From positions 96,001-160,000 of IMG/VR virus record IMGVR_UViG_3300020183_000007: a DNA stretch of 64,000 bases; one strand, 5' to 3'. Positions 26,167 through 35,922 of the stretch are shown one piece after another (positions within the stretch are counted from its first letter, which is position 1; every line of letters starts with the position of its first letter). This DNA is from a virus. The translations under genes and the position numbers were made by a program. The notes under the pieces are model-generated. The model saw nothing but the letters and a program-made list of their open reading frames with translations, searched no databases and was not told where the DNA came from.

Positions 26167-26775
26167 ATGGAACAATATCTTAAAAAAATTTCTCCTTCTA
26201 CTCAAAAACTTATTGTTGATCATCTTAATGAAACAGTTTTACCGCATATGATCATTAATCCTCGTGGTTCTGCCAAAGGTCGTCGCCAAATATGGATTGA
26301 AACAGCAACTCCTATTCAGCCTTCTGCCAAGTTCCATGTTGGTTTTCAGGATGATCGTTTATTCAATTATATTAAGAAACTTGCTCCGGAAGGATTTACT
26401 CCCGAAACTATTTTAGTTACTAAAGGCGGAGTTATTCGTCGGCATCGTGACGCCAGTACATTGTCTTGGAAGGGCATGTCTATTAATCTTGGATCTGTTA
26501 CTTGGTATTATGAACGCAATTACCCTAATTATTTTTGGTCACCTGTTGATCACGAAACCATTCCTCCTGGACGGTGGGATTTAACAGGTGGAGAAGTCTT
26601 TATGTTCAACACCAAAAATGCTCATTGGGTTGAAAATGCACACCCTGAGCGTTGGGGCATTAATGTCTGGATGATCTCCGATAATGCTCGTTCAAAATAC
26701 GAGGAATTCTTATCTCAACGAATTGCTGGAACACTTTCTGAAGAACAGCTTAATTTTAAAAATGCAGGATATTAA
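26167..26775 (+). CDS. AlkB-like 2OG-Fe(II) dioxygenase
   Basis: IRRHRDAS (HxD), SINLG, GEVFMFNTKNAHWV (distal His). Confidence 0.65.
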   Translation: MEQYLKKISPSTQKLIVDHLNETVLPHMIINPRGSAKGRRQIWIETATPIQPSAKFHVGFQDDRLFNYIKKLAPEGFTPETILVTKGGVIRRHRDASTLSWKGMSINLGSVTWYYERNYPNYFWSPVDHETIPPGRWDLTGGEVFMFNTKNAHWVENAHPERWGINVWMISDNARSKYEEFLSQRIAGTLSEEQLNFKNAGY

Positions 26776-26803
26776 TATTAGATATTTTTAGAAAGGAGCC
26801 ACT

Positions 26804-27193
26804 TTGTCAAAATTATCTCAAGCTTTTCTAAATTGTCACGTAGTGCAATACGTCAATAATACAAATGATCTTATTGATGTATACAGTTTACAGCCTTTAG
26901 TTGAGATAACTAATCGTTATGGTGGTAAATTTCTTTCTATTCCAAATGGAACTATTTACGGTCATCGTTTGATTTCTCCTGCCACTCATGTAGGAGTTAT
27001 AGATCTTTACGATGAAAACGATCCTATTCTTATATACGGTTTTTCTTTTTCTAATACTCTTCCGAAAACCTATAATGTTGTGTCGGTTGATAAATATTAC
27101 ATTATTTTCAAACGTTATGTAACTAATTTTAATTTAATTATTTCTGAATATAGCAGTTTTTCTCAACAATACCGTTCAGATATTGTCAAATAA
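26804..27193 (+). CDS. hypothetical protein
   Basis: AAAGGAG RBS, TTG start. Confidence 0.6.
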   Translation: MSKLSQAFLNCHVVQYVNNTNDLIDVYSLQPLVEITNRYGGKFLSIPNGTIYGHRLISPATHVGVIDLYDENDPILIYGFSFSNTLPKTYNVVSVDKYYIIFKRYVTNFNLIISEYSSFSQQYRSDIVK

Positions 27194-27223
27194 TTTCGTA
27201 ATATTCAAAAAGGAACATTCGTT

Positions 27224-28246
27224 ATGAATAAGCCAATTAAACTAAATATTCAAAAAATTACTCCTACACCTTCGGTCACTAGAAAAACCAGAAAGGTCAA
27301 GGAAATTTCCGTTAATACTACTACTAAGCGTACCGCAAAAACTAAGTCTGTTGAAATTGACTCCGACGAAAATTTTGATACCGAGCTTGATCAATACGCT
27401 AATGTTGATATCACAGCTTATCTTCCTACTAATGCCAGCAAGCTTGATTCAAAGGTTTACCCTCGTGACATCCATATTGATCATTCTTACCAAAGACAAA
27501 CCAATCTTGCTAGGGTTAATCAAATTGTAAGAAATTTTACTCCTAACGCTATTGGCACTGTTTATTTGTCTATGCGTGACGATAGTACTCTTCACATCAT
27601 CGACGGTGCTCATCGACTCCTTGCTTTGCGTAAGCTCGGTCTTGATGATTATCCCATCAATGCCCAGGTTTTCTTTGGCTTGACTCCCAAAGAAGAAGCT
27701 GAGTTGTTTGTCATTATGAACGAAGCTCGTGTAAAGCCTCGTCGTCATGAACTTCATAAAGCTTCTGTTACAGCACAAGATCCTTTAGCAATAGAGATTG
27801 ATAATATTATTACTTCTCTTGGTCTTGTTCTTGTTGACGTTCCATTAGATAATCATGTTCGTGCAGTCAAAACTGTTTACACTCTTTACGCTAAAATGAA
27901 CAAGCGTTCATTTATCAATTTGTTTAAAGTGTTGAAGTCGGCTAACGGTTCTTCTTGTGACTCATTTTGTGTTCAATATCTCGTTGCTGTAGCTGTTATA
28001 CTAATTAAGTATCCTACTGTTGATATTGAACGTTTGATTCATGTTATTTCAAAAATGGGTCATCCTAAAGTTGTCATTGGCAATCTTACAGCTTCTGCCG
28101 GTGGAAAAATTACACTTTTGCAAATGCAGCTTGCTATTGCTAGCGTAATTGTTGACAACTATAATTCTCGCTTACGTAATGCTAGGCTTGATAAAACATA
28201 TATTATTACTTCCAATTACAAAACCTACTTAAATCCTGTTGTTTAA
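27224..28246 (+). CDS. ParB/Srx-like N-terminal domain protein
   Basis: IDHSYQRQ...IGTVYLSMR...IIDGAHRLLAL. Confidence 0.7.
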   Translation: MNKPIKLNIQKITPTPSVTRKTRKVKEISVNTTTKRTAKTKSVEIDSDENFDTELDQYANVDITAYLPTNASKLDSKVYPRDIHIDHSYQRQTNLARVNQIVRNFTPNAIGTVYLSMRDDSTLHIIDGAHRLLALRKLGLDDYPINAQVFFGLTPKEEAELFVIMNEARVKPRRHELHKASVTAQDPLAIEIDNIITSLGLVLVDVPLDNHVRAVKTVYTLYAKMNKRSFINLFKVLKSANGSSCDSFCVQYLVAVAVILIKYPTVDIERLIHVISKMGHPKVVIGNLTASAGGKITLLQMQLAIASVIVDNYNSRLRNARLDKTYIITSNYKTYLNPVV

Positions 28247-28347
28247 TTTAAATTTGCATACACGAACTTTACCTACTCAATCTGGTTGTTAGTTACTAAC
28301 CACACAGACGAGTTTGTCCGTTCTCGTCAAAAACGGACTTTACCTAC

Positions 28348-28451
28348 GGAGTACGGGATGTCCTAGCCAAAAGTCTAGCAAACACGCTGAGTAATAGAAG
28401 CAATCCGCAGACGCTGTGCTTTAGTAGATGGTTCGACTCCATCTAGCTCCA
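28348..28451 (+). other. atypical tRNA-like element (~104 nt)
   Basis: 3' TAGATGG-TTCGACT-CCATCTA-GCTCCA pairing with 5' GGAGT; interior is not a canonical cloverleaf. Confidence 0.35.
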
Positions 28452-28585
28452 CTTATTTTTGCAATAGACAAACGGCCCGCTCAAAATTGTTGAAATTCTC
28501 TTTAGTTCAATCAAAGTTTTAAAACAAATTCATTTGAATTGCTTTCTCAAAACGAAATAATTATTCAAAAACGAAAGGAAAATTT

Positions 28586-28936
28586 ATGAATATTTCTCTT
28601 AATCGAGATTGGATATCTTTTTTAAATTCTTCTTCCTATGATCTTTCTACTCATAATTATTTTACCACTTTACAAAATGACTTTTGTGATGTGATTATTC
28701 CAGAGAAAAAAACTCTTATTTATAAGTTTGGCAAAGTTTCTCGTAAATTTATTTCTTTTTTTCAAAAATCAGAAACTAAAGCAACAGCACTGCTTACTTA
28801 CTGGGCACTTGAAACCGTTTTGTTTGGGGCTATTATGATTGCAGCCGCAAACATTTATTCATTTCTTGCTGCTCTATTTCTTTATTCTTACGGTACTTAT
28901 GCTATTTTTAGTGCCATTAATACATTTGCGAAATAA
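28586..28936 (+). CDS. membrane protein
   Basis: GAAAGG RBS; C-terminal TM segments. Confidence 0.6.
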   Translation: MNISLNRDWISFLNSSSYDLSTHNYFTTLQNDFCDVIIPEKKTLIYKFGKVSRKFISFFQKSETKATALLTYWALETVLFGAIMIAAANIYSFLAALFLYSYGTYAIFSAINTFAK

Positions 28937-28941
28937 TTAAT

Positions 28942-29538
28942 ATGGCTTATGATCTAACTAAAATTAAAGAAGAATGTTTTATCATTGATGAAGAAATTAA
29001 TATTATTCAAAATGTATTGATGGAAACTTCATCACGTGGAGCAAAATATCATCCAACAATAACCTTTTTTCAAGACGGTAAAACTCGTCAAGTAGCTGTT
29101 ACGATACTATCTCAACCTACTTTTAGTGAAACACTAATTCGTATTGCTGAAACGTTACATCTTTATCCATGTTTACGTTCTAGTTGTGCTGTCGTTTCTC
29201 TTGATTCTACTATTCAAAATACTGATAATCAGTCTTTTGATTGTCTGCAAATTTTTCTAATTTCTGAATATCAAGGTTATATTATACAGCTTCCTTATAC
29301 TAAGAATCAAGATAATACTATTCTTTGGCATACTGATCAATTTCAAACTGAAAATCTTTTATCCACAAATTTTGATGGTTTGACCAAAGATATGATTAAT
29401 CTTTTTTTTACGTTTACCCATCTAAACGCTCCCACCTATACGGCCCACGAATGTTTATCTTATCTTAGTTATTCTGGGGCAGGTATAGCAGTTTTTGATT
29501 CCTTGAAAATTGCATATTACGATGCAGTTTATCAATAA
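28942..29538 (+). CDS. hypothetical protein
   Basis: 198-aa ORF. Confidence 0.65.
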   Translation: MAYDLTKIKEECFIIDEEINIIQNVLMETSSRGAKYHPTITFFQDGKTRQVAVTILSQPTFSETLIRIAETLHLYPCLRSSCAVVSLDSTIQNTDNQSFDCLQIFLISEYQGYIIQLPYTKNQDNTILWHTDQFQTENLLSTNFDGLTKDMINLFFTFTHLNAPTYTAHECLSYLSYSGAGIAVFDSLKIAYYDAVYQ

Positions 29539-29563
29539 TATAAACAAATAATATATAAGAACA

Positions 29564-29610
29564 ATTAGTAACATCCTTAGGGAATGAATCAAAAAAGACG
29601 ATTACTAACG
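29564..29610 (+). repeat. orphan TIGR-like unit
   Basis: ATTAGTAACA-TCCTTAGGG-AATGAATCA-AAAAAGACG-ATTACTAACG: same repeats, 9-nt spacers and 37-nt period as the main array. Confidence 0.8.
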
Positions 29611-29809
29611 ATGCAGTAAGTGCTATGGAAAATAAAAATATTAAATATATTGCTGCCAAAAAGTGCAGTGCAACAAAATATCAAATTCCTCATATAATAA
29701 AATCATATGTTATTATAGATCAGGAATTTGAAAATCGGATTAAAGATCTAATGGAATCCGAATATTATTTAACGGAATTAGAATTTAGTTGAACTGTAGG
29801 AAAAACAAT

Positions 29810-31483
29810 ATGTTGCAACTTAGACCATATCAGCAAGAAGCATTGAATTCTATTGTTTCTTTTGCTGATAAAGGAATAGTTCGTCAGCTTGTTGTTCTTC
29901 CTACTGGTTCAGGTAAAACTGTTATCTTTTCCCATCTTCCGCAGTTCAAACAAAAAAGCCTCCCTATGCTTGTTTTGGCCCATAGAGAAGAGCTTCTTCA
30001 CCAAGCTAAAGATAAAATAGCCTGGTCCAATCCTGATATTTCTATTGAAATTGAACAAGGTGATAATCATGCGGGATACTCCGATGTCGTTATAGCTAGT
30101 GTGCCTACTCTTGGTAGATCTCAGTCTACGCGCATAGAAAAATATTCTAGAGATTATTTTAAATCTATAATTATTGATGAAGCTCATCACGCTGCAGCTC
30201 CATCGTATAGACGTATTATAGATTATTTTTCTCCAGAATTTATTCTTGGTGTAACTGCTACGCCTCAGCGTAGTGACAATGTTAGGCTTACCGATATTTT
30301 TCATGAAATAGTTTATTATAAAACTATTCAAGATTTAATTGAAGACGGATACCTATCTCCTTTGATAGGATATAGAGTCCAAACCCAAACAGATATTTCA
30401 GGAGTAGAAACAAATGACGGAGACTACGTTCAATCCCAACTTCAAGATGTTATTGATAATCCTAATCGTAATGCTACCATTGTTGCTGCTTATAATGATT
30501 TGGTTCCTAATGCGAAAGCCATTGTTTTCGCTGCCGGCATTCAGCACGCAAACAACCTGGCCTTATCCTTTGGGCAAGCGAAAATAGCTACAGAGGTAAT
30601 CTTAGGTGATACTGACTCAGATGCTCGTAGAGATATTTTGGCGCGTTTTGCTAGCGGTCAAACACGTGTTCTCATCAATGTCGGCGTACTTACGGAAGGA
30701 TTCGACGAACCTTCCGTAGAAGCAATTTTACTTGCTAGACCTACCCGCTCTACATTGTTGTATACTCAAATTGTAGGCAGAGGTACTAGAATTTATGAAG
30801 GAAAACCACATTGTGCAATTTTAGATTTCGCTGATACCACGAGGGGCAAAAAACCAATTGGTTTACCTTCCCTCCTCGGTCTTCCACCAGATTTTGATCT
30901 ACAAGGTCAATCTCTTACAGATGTTGCAACTAAATATAAAGAGCTTGAAGATTATTGCCCTGGTGAAGCTGTACGTGTTTTATATCCTAATGATATAGAA
31001 CTTGCGTATAAACGCATTGATCTTTTTATGCCACCTCCTCCCAATGAGTTTGTTCAACAATATTCTAAATTTGTTTGGGCTGAAGTAGCAGAAAATGATT
31101 ATCATCTTGGTGTAGATAATTATAATTCTCTCAGAATTTATATTGATACATTAGGTAGGTGGACTGTTGAGCATAGACTTCGTAATTCTCATGAATTGAA
31201 AGTAACTCTTCTCGGTCACCCAGAAGATATGCGAGACGCTTTTGTTCGTAGTGACAAATGGATTATGAAAAGATTTGATACTAAACTCATTAATTCTGAT
31301 GCAGCCTGGAGATCTGATGGCCCAACTGATGCGCAAAGAAAACTTCTTAAGCGCATTGGTGTACCTATTACCTCAGATATGACTAAAGGCACAGCTTCTC
31401 AAATTATTAGTAAATATTATGAATCCAATCCTCGCCCTGCGTGGCTGAATAATAAAATCAAATATTCACGATCTAAGTGGTAA
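29810..31483 (+). CDS. superfamily II DEAD/DEAH-box helicase (Irc3/type III res-like)
   Basis: LRPYQ, LPTGSGKT, DEAHH, TATPQR, LTEGFDEP, QIVGRGTR. Confidence 0.92.
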   Translation: MLQLRPYQQEALNSIVSFADKGIVRQLVVLPTGSGKTVIFSHLPQFKQKSLPMLVLAHREELLHQAKDKIAWSNPDISIEIEQGDNHAGYSDVVIASVPTLGRSQSTRIEKYSRDYFKSIIIDEAHHAAAPSYRRIIDYFSPEFILGVTATPQRSDNVRLTDIFHEIVYYKTIQDLIEDGYLSPLIGYRVQTQTDISGVETNDGDYVQSQLQDVIDNPNRNATIVAAYNDLVPNAKAIVFAAGIQHANNLALSFGQAKIATEVILGDTDSDARRDILARFASGQTRVLINVGVLTEGFDEPSVEAILLARPTRSTLLYTQIVGRGTRIYEGKPHCAILDFADTTRGKKPIGLPSLLGLPPDFDLQGQSLTDVATKYKELEDYCPGEAVRVLYPNDIELAYKRIDLFMPPPPNEFVQQYSKFVWAEVAENDYHLGVDNYNSLRIYIDTLGRWTVEHRLRNSHELKVTLLGHPEDMRDAFVRSDKWIMKRFDTKLINSDAAWRSDGPTDAQRKLLKRIGVPITSDMTKGTASQIISKYYESNPRPAWLNNKIKYSRSKW

Positions 31484-31492
31484 TCTGATATA

Positions 31493-31975
31493 ATGGAACC
31501 CATGTCAAAATCTGTAAATTATTATTCTCGTCAAGTAAAAAACCCTTATACTGATTATCATTTTATTGATGATACTCTCAGTAACAATGATATTTCTTTT
31601 TTATCTGCTACTACTAAGATTGCTACAACGTCCCAATATCGTTTCCGCATTGCTGCTATGATTGTCAAATCCGGTAGAGTATTGGGCGCTGATGTTAATG
31701 TTCCTAAAATATCACCAAGTACACCCCCTAACAGAGTGAGCACTCATGCGGAAATTCGCGTTCTCAAAAACACACGTAACGTACGAGGAGCGACTTTGTA
31801 TGTTGCTCGTTTACGTTCAGAGAATATTCCTGCTTTAGCAAGACCATGTTCTTGGTGCATGCAACAAATTGCTAAAGCAGGAATATCGCGAGTTGTTTTT
31901 ACAACCAATGATGGCGTAGGTTCTTCCTTTTATACCGATATGATTACTTGGAAGAATCTTTCTTATGATTCTTAA
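31493..31975 (+). CDS. zinc-dependent cytidine/dCMP deaminase-like protein
   Basis: HAE...ARPCSWC motif. Confidence 0.85.
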   Translation: MEPMSKSVNYYSRQVKNPYTDYHFIDDTLSNNDISFLSATTKIATTSQYRFRIAAMIVKSGRVLGADVNVPKISPSTPPNRVSTHAEIRVLKNTRNVRGATLYVARLRSENIPALARPCSWCMQQIAKAGISRVVFTTNDGVGSSFYTDMITWKNLSYDS

Positions 31976-32411
31976 TCAACCTCATATTATGATTTCACCA
32001 GAATTTTATGATAATTCTGGTAAGGTGAAATCTTTACATATATCTCCGTTGATTAATCAAACTCCTTCTATCATGTATGATACATACGACAACGCTATAT
32101 CGTATGTATTCTCTTCTAGTAAAGTACAAATCTTACATCCACATCCGGATTTTTTAATCTGTTTTGATCCTCTTTTGCAATATTCTTTTCGTTATTCCAA
32201 TTATGTTGCCACTCAATTGTTAAGATATTCTTTTTCTACATATTTTGGAGCGACTGTCAACGATGCTGTATACGGTGATATACTTATTTTTGGTTCTTTT
32301 AATTATAAAACACAGTTTCATGATAATTATTTTCATTCTGTCCCGTATCATATAGTTGAACAGGTCACAAGAATATATGAAAATTCCGCAAAATATTCCA
32401 CGCACATCTAA
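31965..32411 (+). CDS. hypothetical protein
   Basis: 148-aa ORF overlapping the previous stop. Confidence 0.6.
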   Translation: MILNQPHIMISPEFYDNSGKVKSLHISPLINQTPSIMYDTYDNAISYVFSSSKVQILHPHPDFLICFDPLLQYSFRYSNYVATQLLRYSFSTYFGATVNDAVYGDILIFGSFNYKTQFHDNYFHSVPYHIVEQVTRIYENSAKYSTHI

Positions 32412-32617
32412 CAAAACTAAGCAATGTGTTGATTGTTCTGTAAAAGGTAAAGAAGTTTATTTTTCTAACAGATTTAAGAAAAATCTTTGTTTAAATTGTT
32501 TAACTAAAAATCTTCTTATTCAAATACGCCAAACTAAAAAGATTGATTAGTACAATCAAAAACAAGGGAGGGGGTTGTAGCAAATAATATAATATATATA
32601 ATGTAAAGGGAAATAAT

Positions 32618-32842
32618 ATGTCACTTGCAGTAATCATTGGCTCAGAAATCGAAGATATTAATAATATCGAAAATACTATTGAGCTTTTAAAATTTACAAA
32701 GAACATTGTTTCTGACAGTGTTCTGTCCATGCCTAACAATAATAATATTGATTCAGAAAAGTTGGATAGCATTATTACTTGGTATACTGGTATCCATAAT
32801 CTTCTTACAGACCCTAGTTCATTTCCTACACACGAAGAATAA
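32618..32842 (+). CDS. hypothetical protein
   Basis: AAGGGA RBS. Confidence 0.55.
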   Translation: MSLAVIIGSEIEDINNIENTIELLKFTKNIVSDSVLSMPNNNNIDSEKLDSIITWYTGIHNLLTDPSSFPTHEE

Positions 32843-32863
32843 AATAAGGGTTTCAAGGGTCTT

Positions 32864-32936
32864 GGGCCTGTAGCCCAACGGCAGAGGCAGAGGACTTAAA
32901 ATCCTTCCAGTGTGGGTTCGAAACCCACCAGGCCCA
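32864..32936 (+). tRNA. tRNA-Leu(UAA), short variable arm
   Basis: GGGCCTG/CAGGCCC acceptor; loop CT-TAA-AA. Confidence 0.88.
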
Positions 32937-32980
32937 CAGGATGGCAGGTTTCTACTCCTTCGGAAACCTGTCATCCGCCT

Positions 32981-33053
32981 GCCTCTTTAGCTCAGTTGGT
33001 AGAGCAGTGGACTTTTAATCCATTGGTCGCAGGTTCAAATCCTGCAGGAGGCA
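32981..33053 (+). tRNA. tRNA-Lys(UUU)
   Basis: cloverleaf; loop CT-TTT-AA. Confidence 0.93.
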
Positions 33054-33055
33054 CT

Positions 33056-33235
33056 ATGAAACCTAAACAATTTATTGATTTACCAGAAAATAAACAAAAA
33101 ATGCTAATTAAAAAAGCTTTTGATTATTTATGTCAAGAAGGTCTTGTCCCTTATGGTGTACAAACCGGTGATGATTGTACTTGGGACACTTATGATCCAG
33201 CTGTTGAATTAGCAGCAGAATGGTATGAAGAATAG
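33056..33235 (+). CDS. small hypothetical protein
   Basis: ATG right after tRNA-Lys; the track start at 32912 overlaps tRNAs. Confidence 0.55.
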   Translation: MKPKQFIDLPENKQKMLIKKAFDYLCQEGLVPYGVQTGDDCTWDTYDPAVELAAEWYEE

Positions 33236-33246
33236 GAGTTATTCTT

Positions 33247-33450
33247 ATGAAAGTTAAAGTTAATTTAGATCTTGTTATGCATATTCCTGGTGAATTCCAA
33301 GATGATGATTTAGCTGTCAAGCTTATTGATAGAGTTCTTCGTGACCAACTTTATGTTGGAGTAGAGTTTGATGATAATGATATGGACGATGTTCTTCCTG
33401 TTGAAGAACTTCACATTAGAATGTATAAACCATTAGCAGGGAAACTTTAA
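33247..33450 (+). CDS. small acidic hypothetical protein
   Basis: AGGAG RBS. Confidence 0.6.
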   Translation: MKVKVNLDLVMHIPGEFQDDDLAVKLIDRVLRDQLYVGVEFDDNDMDDVLPVEELHIRMYKPLAGKL

Positions 33451-33480
33451 TTACATACAGAGACATGGAAATCGTATATT

Positions 33481-33554
33481 GGGGCGGTAGCTCAGTTGGT
33501 TAGAGCAGGGGACTCATAATCCCTGGGTCGCGGGTTCAATTCCTGCCCGCCCCA
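33481..33554 (+). tRNA. tRNA with CAU anticodon (Met or Ile2)
   Basis: GGGGCGG/CCGCCCC acceptor; loop CT-CAT-AA. Confidence 0.9.
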
Positions 33555-34047
33555 CTGAATGCTGTCGCAATTAAACATAAACTTGATATAGATTAATTTC
33601 ATACCGAGATACGAAATCTATTATCATGCGCAATCAATTTCATAACGCGTTGCTTAAATTGTAACAGAATTTATAATTTTGGAAACATAATCAATCATGA
33701 GTTGACTGGTACTGTTGCATACAATAGTACCAACAAATGAAATTAATAGTTCATTAGATAACTCAAAGTGAATCTATTATTCAATAGGTCAAACTAGGGT
33801 ATTGTATTATATTTCCTGGCTATTACACAATACGTAAAATTTTTTATAGACACGAAAGGCACCGTGGGTGAAGTAGTGTCTATAAAAACCTGTAGTGTTT
33901 GTTGTAATAGTCAAAAACTAGGAGATAAAATGTCACTTGCTAAATTTAGAAAAGTATTTAAAGGTCATAAAAAACCTGATCCTCCTTCAACTAAGGTTTT
34001 TCCTGAAAATACTGATCAAAAAAAACAAGGTGACAAATAGTCTCCTA

Positions 34048-34122
34048 GCCGAATTAGCTCAGTGGTAGAGCAACCGCCTTGTAAGCGGTAGGTCCTCAGT
34101 TCAATCCTGAGATTCGGCTCCA
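34048..34122 (+). tRNA. tRNA-Thr(UGU) with encoded CCA
   Basis: GCCGAAT/ATTCGGC acceptor; loop CT-TGT-AA. Confidence 0.93.
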
Positions 34123-34239
34123 TGACAGTAGCCAATTTGCCTCAGTTCCCATAACTGGGGGGACGTGAAATCGTGTATAATGTTGGTGGACCCATATCTC
34201 CTCACGACTACTGTCACCTTATTTTGAAAGGTTAATAAA

Positions 34240-34662
34240 ATGAAGAAAATTATTTTTTTTACTCTTCTTTTAGTTTCTTGTATTTTTACTGCTTCTTGCG
34301 GTGCTAACAAATCTACAGATGAAACAATGCCACCTCTCACTACTGATCTGGATCGTGCATCTGATCAAACTGTCCTAATAACACAACCAATTATAACTTC
34401 TCCGTGGACTCATCGCAATGAAGCTTATTTAGATTATGTTTGGCAAAACGCCGATGTTCCTATCAGTGTTCTTGACTTTAATCTTATGAGCTATGCAGAA
34501 ATATGGTGCGATTTTATGCGTCGTGGAATGTCAAAAACTAATCTTCTTAATTGGATAAATGAAATGGCAACAGATCAAGAAGAAATTGATCTATGGCTTG
34601 TTACTGCTGAAGCTTCATCAATATTTGTTTGTTCTGATCAAGGATACAAATGGAATCCTTAA
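34240..34662 (+). CDS. secreted/lipoprotein-like protein
   Basis: signal peptide ending TASC. Confidence 0.65.
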   Translation: MKKIIFFTLLLVSCIFTASCGANKSTDETMPPLTTDLDRASDQTVLITQPIITSPWTHRNEAYLDYVWQNADVPISVLDFNLMSYAEIWCDFMRRGMSKTNLLNWINEMATDQEEIDLWLVTAEASSIFVCSDQGYKWNP

Positions 34663-35116
34663 TCGAATCAACCCGCTATAAACGAACCATTTCTTGGTTA
34701 GCTAACTATATCAAAACTAATCCTAACGCTGATATGCATTTTCGTACTATTTGTTCTGTTCTCAGACAAGAAAAAAATTATTATATTAAGTGTGTATTGT
34801 TAGACAATAAATATTTATACGGTTCATTTTTGGCTGCAGCTAGGGAAAGTATTAAAGAATGATTATTGTTACGGACAATCCAAATCACGCTGCAATCCTT
34901 TCTCATCGTAAGCCTGGTTATTTAGTTATGAAAGATAATTCTGTTATTAAATTTGACGAACTTTTATATTTTAATGACAATACAGAATGGATTGACCAGC
35001 AACCACCTTTTTATTATTATTGGAATAAAGCTGAAAATTTTCGTTCTGGAGTTTCTGTTTCCAATGTTCGATATATCTACTTTAAAGATGATCGAATATC
35101 CGAGGCTAGCATATAA
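34650..35116 (+). CDS. two small overlapping hypothetical ORFs (34650-34862, 34859-35116)
   Basis: ATGA-coupled ORFs. Confidence 0.5.
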
Positions 35117-35127
35117 ATTATTTGCTA

Positions 35128-35199
35128 GCCCTCGTCGTCTACTGGTTAAGACCCGACTCTTATAAAGTCGTTAAGGTGGTTCAATTCCACCCGGGGGTA
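35128..35199 (+). tRNA. tRNA-Ile(UAU)
   Basis: GCCCTCG/CGGGGGT acceptor, GTCT/AGAC D-stem, CGACT-CT-TAT-AA-AGTCG anticodon arm, GGTGG-TTCAATT-CCACC T-arm. Confidence 0.8.
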
Positions 35200-35201
35200 C
35201 A

Positions 35202-35465
35202 ATGAATCCTTTACAATATTTTGATGAAGAATATTCTTCATTTGAAAAATCTATTAATACTGTTCTTTCTATTTTGATGCAATCTCATGACATATACGCA
35301 AAGATACAGACCATACAAAAAAGAATAAAAGCTGTTGATGAAAATAGCAAGCTTTCATTTCATGAAATGTCTTGTTTTTTAGATGATTTATCTCTTTTAT
35401 CATCTTTGTCTTCCGAACTTTTATCTTCTATAGAAAAAATTAAATCTTCAATAGTTTTTAGATAG
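35202..35465 (+). CDS. coiled-coil hypothetical protein
   Basis: 87-aa ORF. Confidence 0.55.
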   Translation: MNPLQYFDEEYSSFEKSINTVLSILMQSHDIYAKIQTIQKRIKAVDENSKLSFHEMSCFLDDLSLLSSLSSELLSSIEKIKSSIVFR

Positions 35466-35472
35466 GAATTTA

Positions 35473-35922
35473 ATGAATTCTAATCCTGTTTCCCGTAGAA
35501 GTTTGCCTAAAAATATTGCTGACATTTACGATTCTTTTACCGATTTAACTTCTAAATGGAGAGAAAATGCTTTATGTAAAAATAGCGTTCTTTCTATGGA
35601 AGATTTCTTTTCTATCAATAGTGATAAAAAATCTGTCTATTCAGCTTCAAAAGCTATATCAATGTGTAATTCTTGTCCCGTTCAAGTTGAATGCCTACAT
35701 GAATCTATGAAATATAATTACGATGGCGTTTGGGGTGGGACACTATATCGTCAACGTATATATTTCATTAGAAACTATCTCAATAATGATCTTGCTAATC
35801 TGACTATGGAAAAAGCTAAAGAGTTCGTTCAAATGGCCAAAATCCAAAATCTTACACTTTTTAAAATTAAACGTAAATATCGCAGAAAGGCTGTACAGAA
35901 AGATGACTTACTTTCGCAATGA
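35473..35922 (+). CDS. whiB: WhiB-family Fe-S transcription factor
   Basis: WRENALC...CNSCPVQVEC...GVWGG. Confidence 0.9.
   Translation: MNSNPVSRRSLPKNIADIYDSFTDLTSKWRENALCKNSVLSMEDFFSINSDKKSVYSASKAISMCNSCPVQVECLHESMKYNYDGVWGGTLYRQRIYFIRNYLNNDLANLTMEKAKEFVQMAKIQNLTLFKIKRKYRRKAVQKDDLLSQ

Noticed and set aside
27224-28246. ParB-like gene as part of the PRTRC-like ubiquitin cassette
   Set aside because: It lies about 10 kb away with tRNAs and unrelated genes between; linkage is unsupported.
32912-33055. ORF-track N-terminal extensions over tRNAs (32912 and 53569 starts)
   Set aside because: They run through tRNA genes; downstream ATGs at 33056 and 53650 are more plausible.
33657-33666. AATTGTAACA, identical to the first array repeat variant
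   Set aside because: No AATGAATCA at 9-nt spacing on either side.
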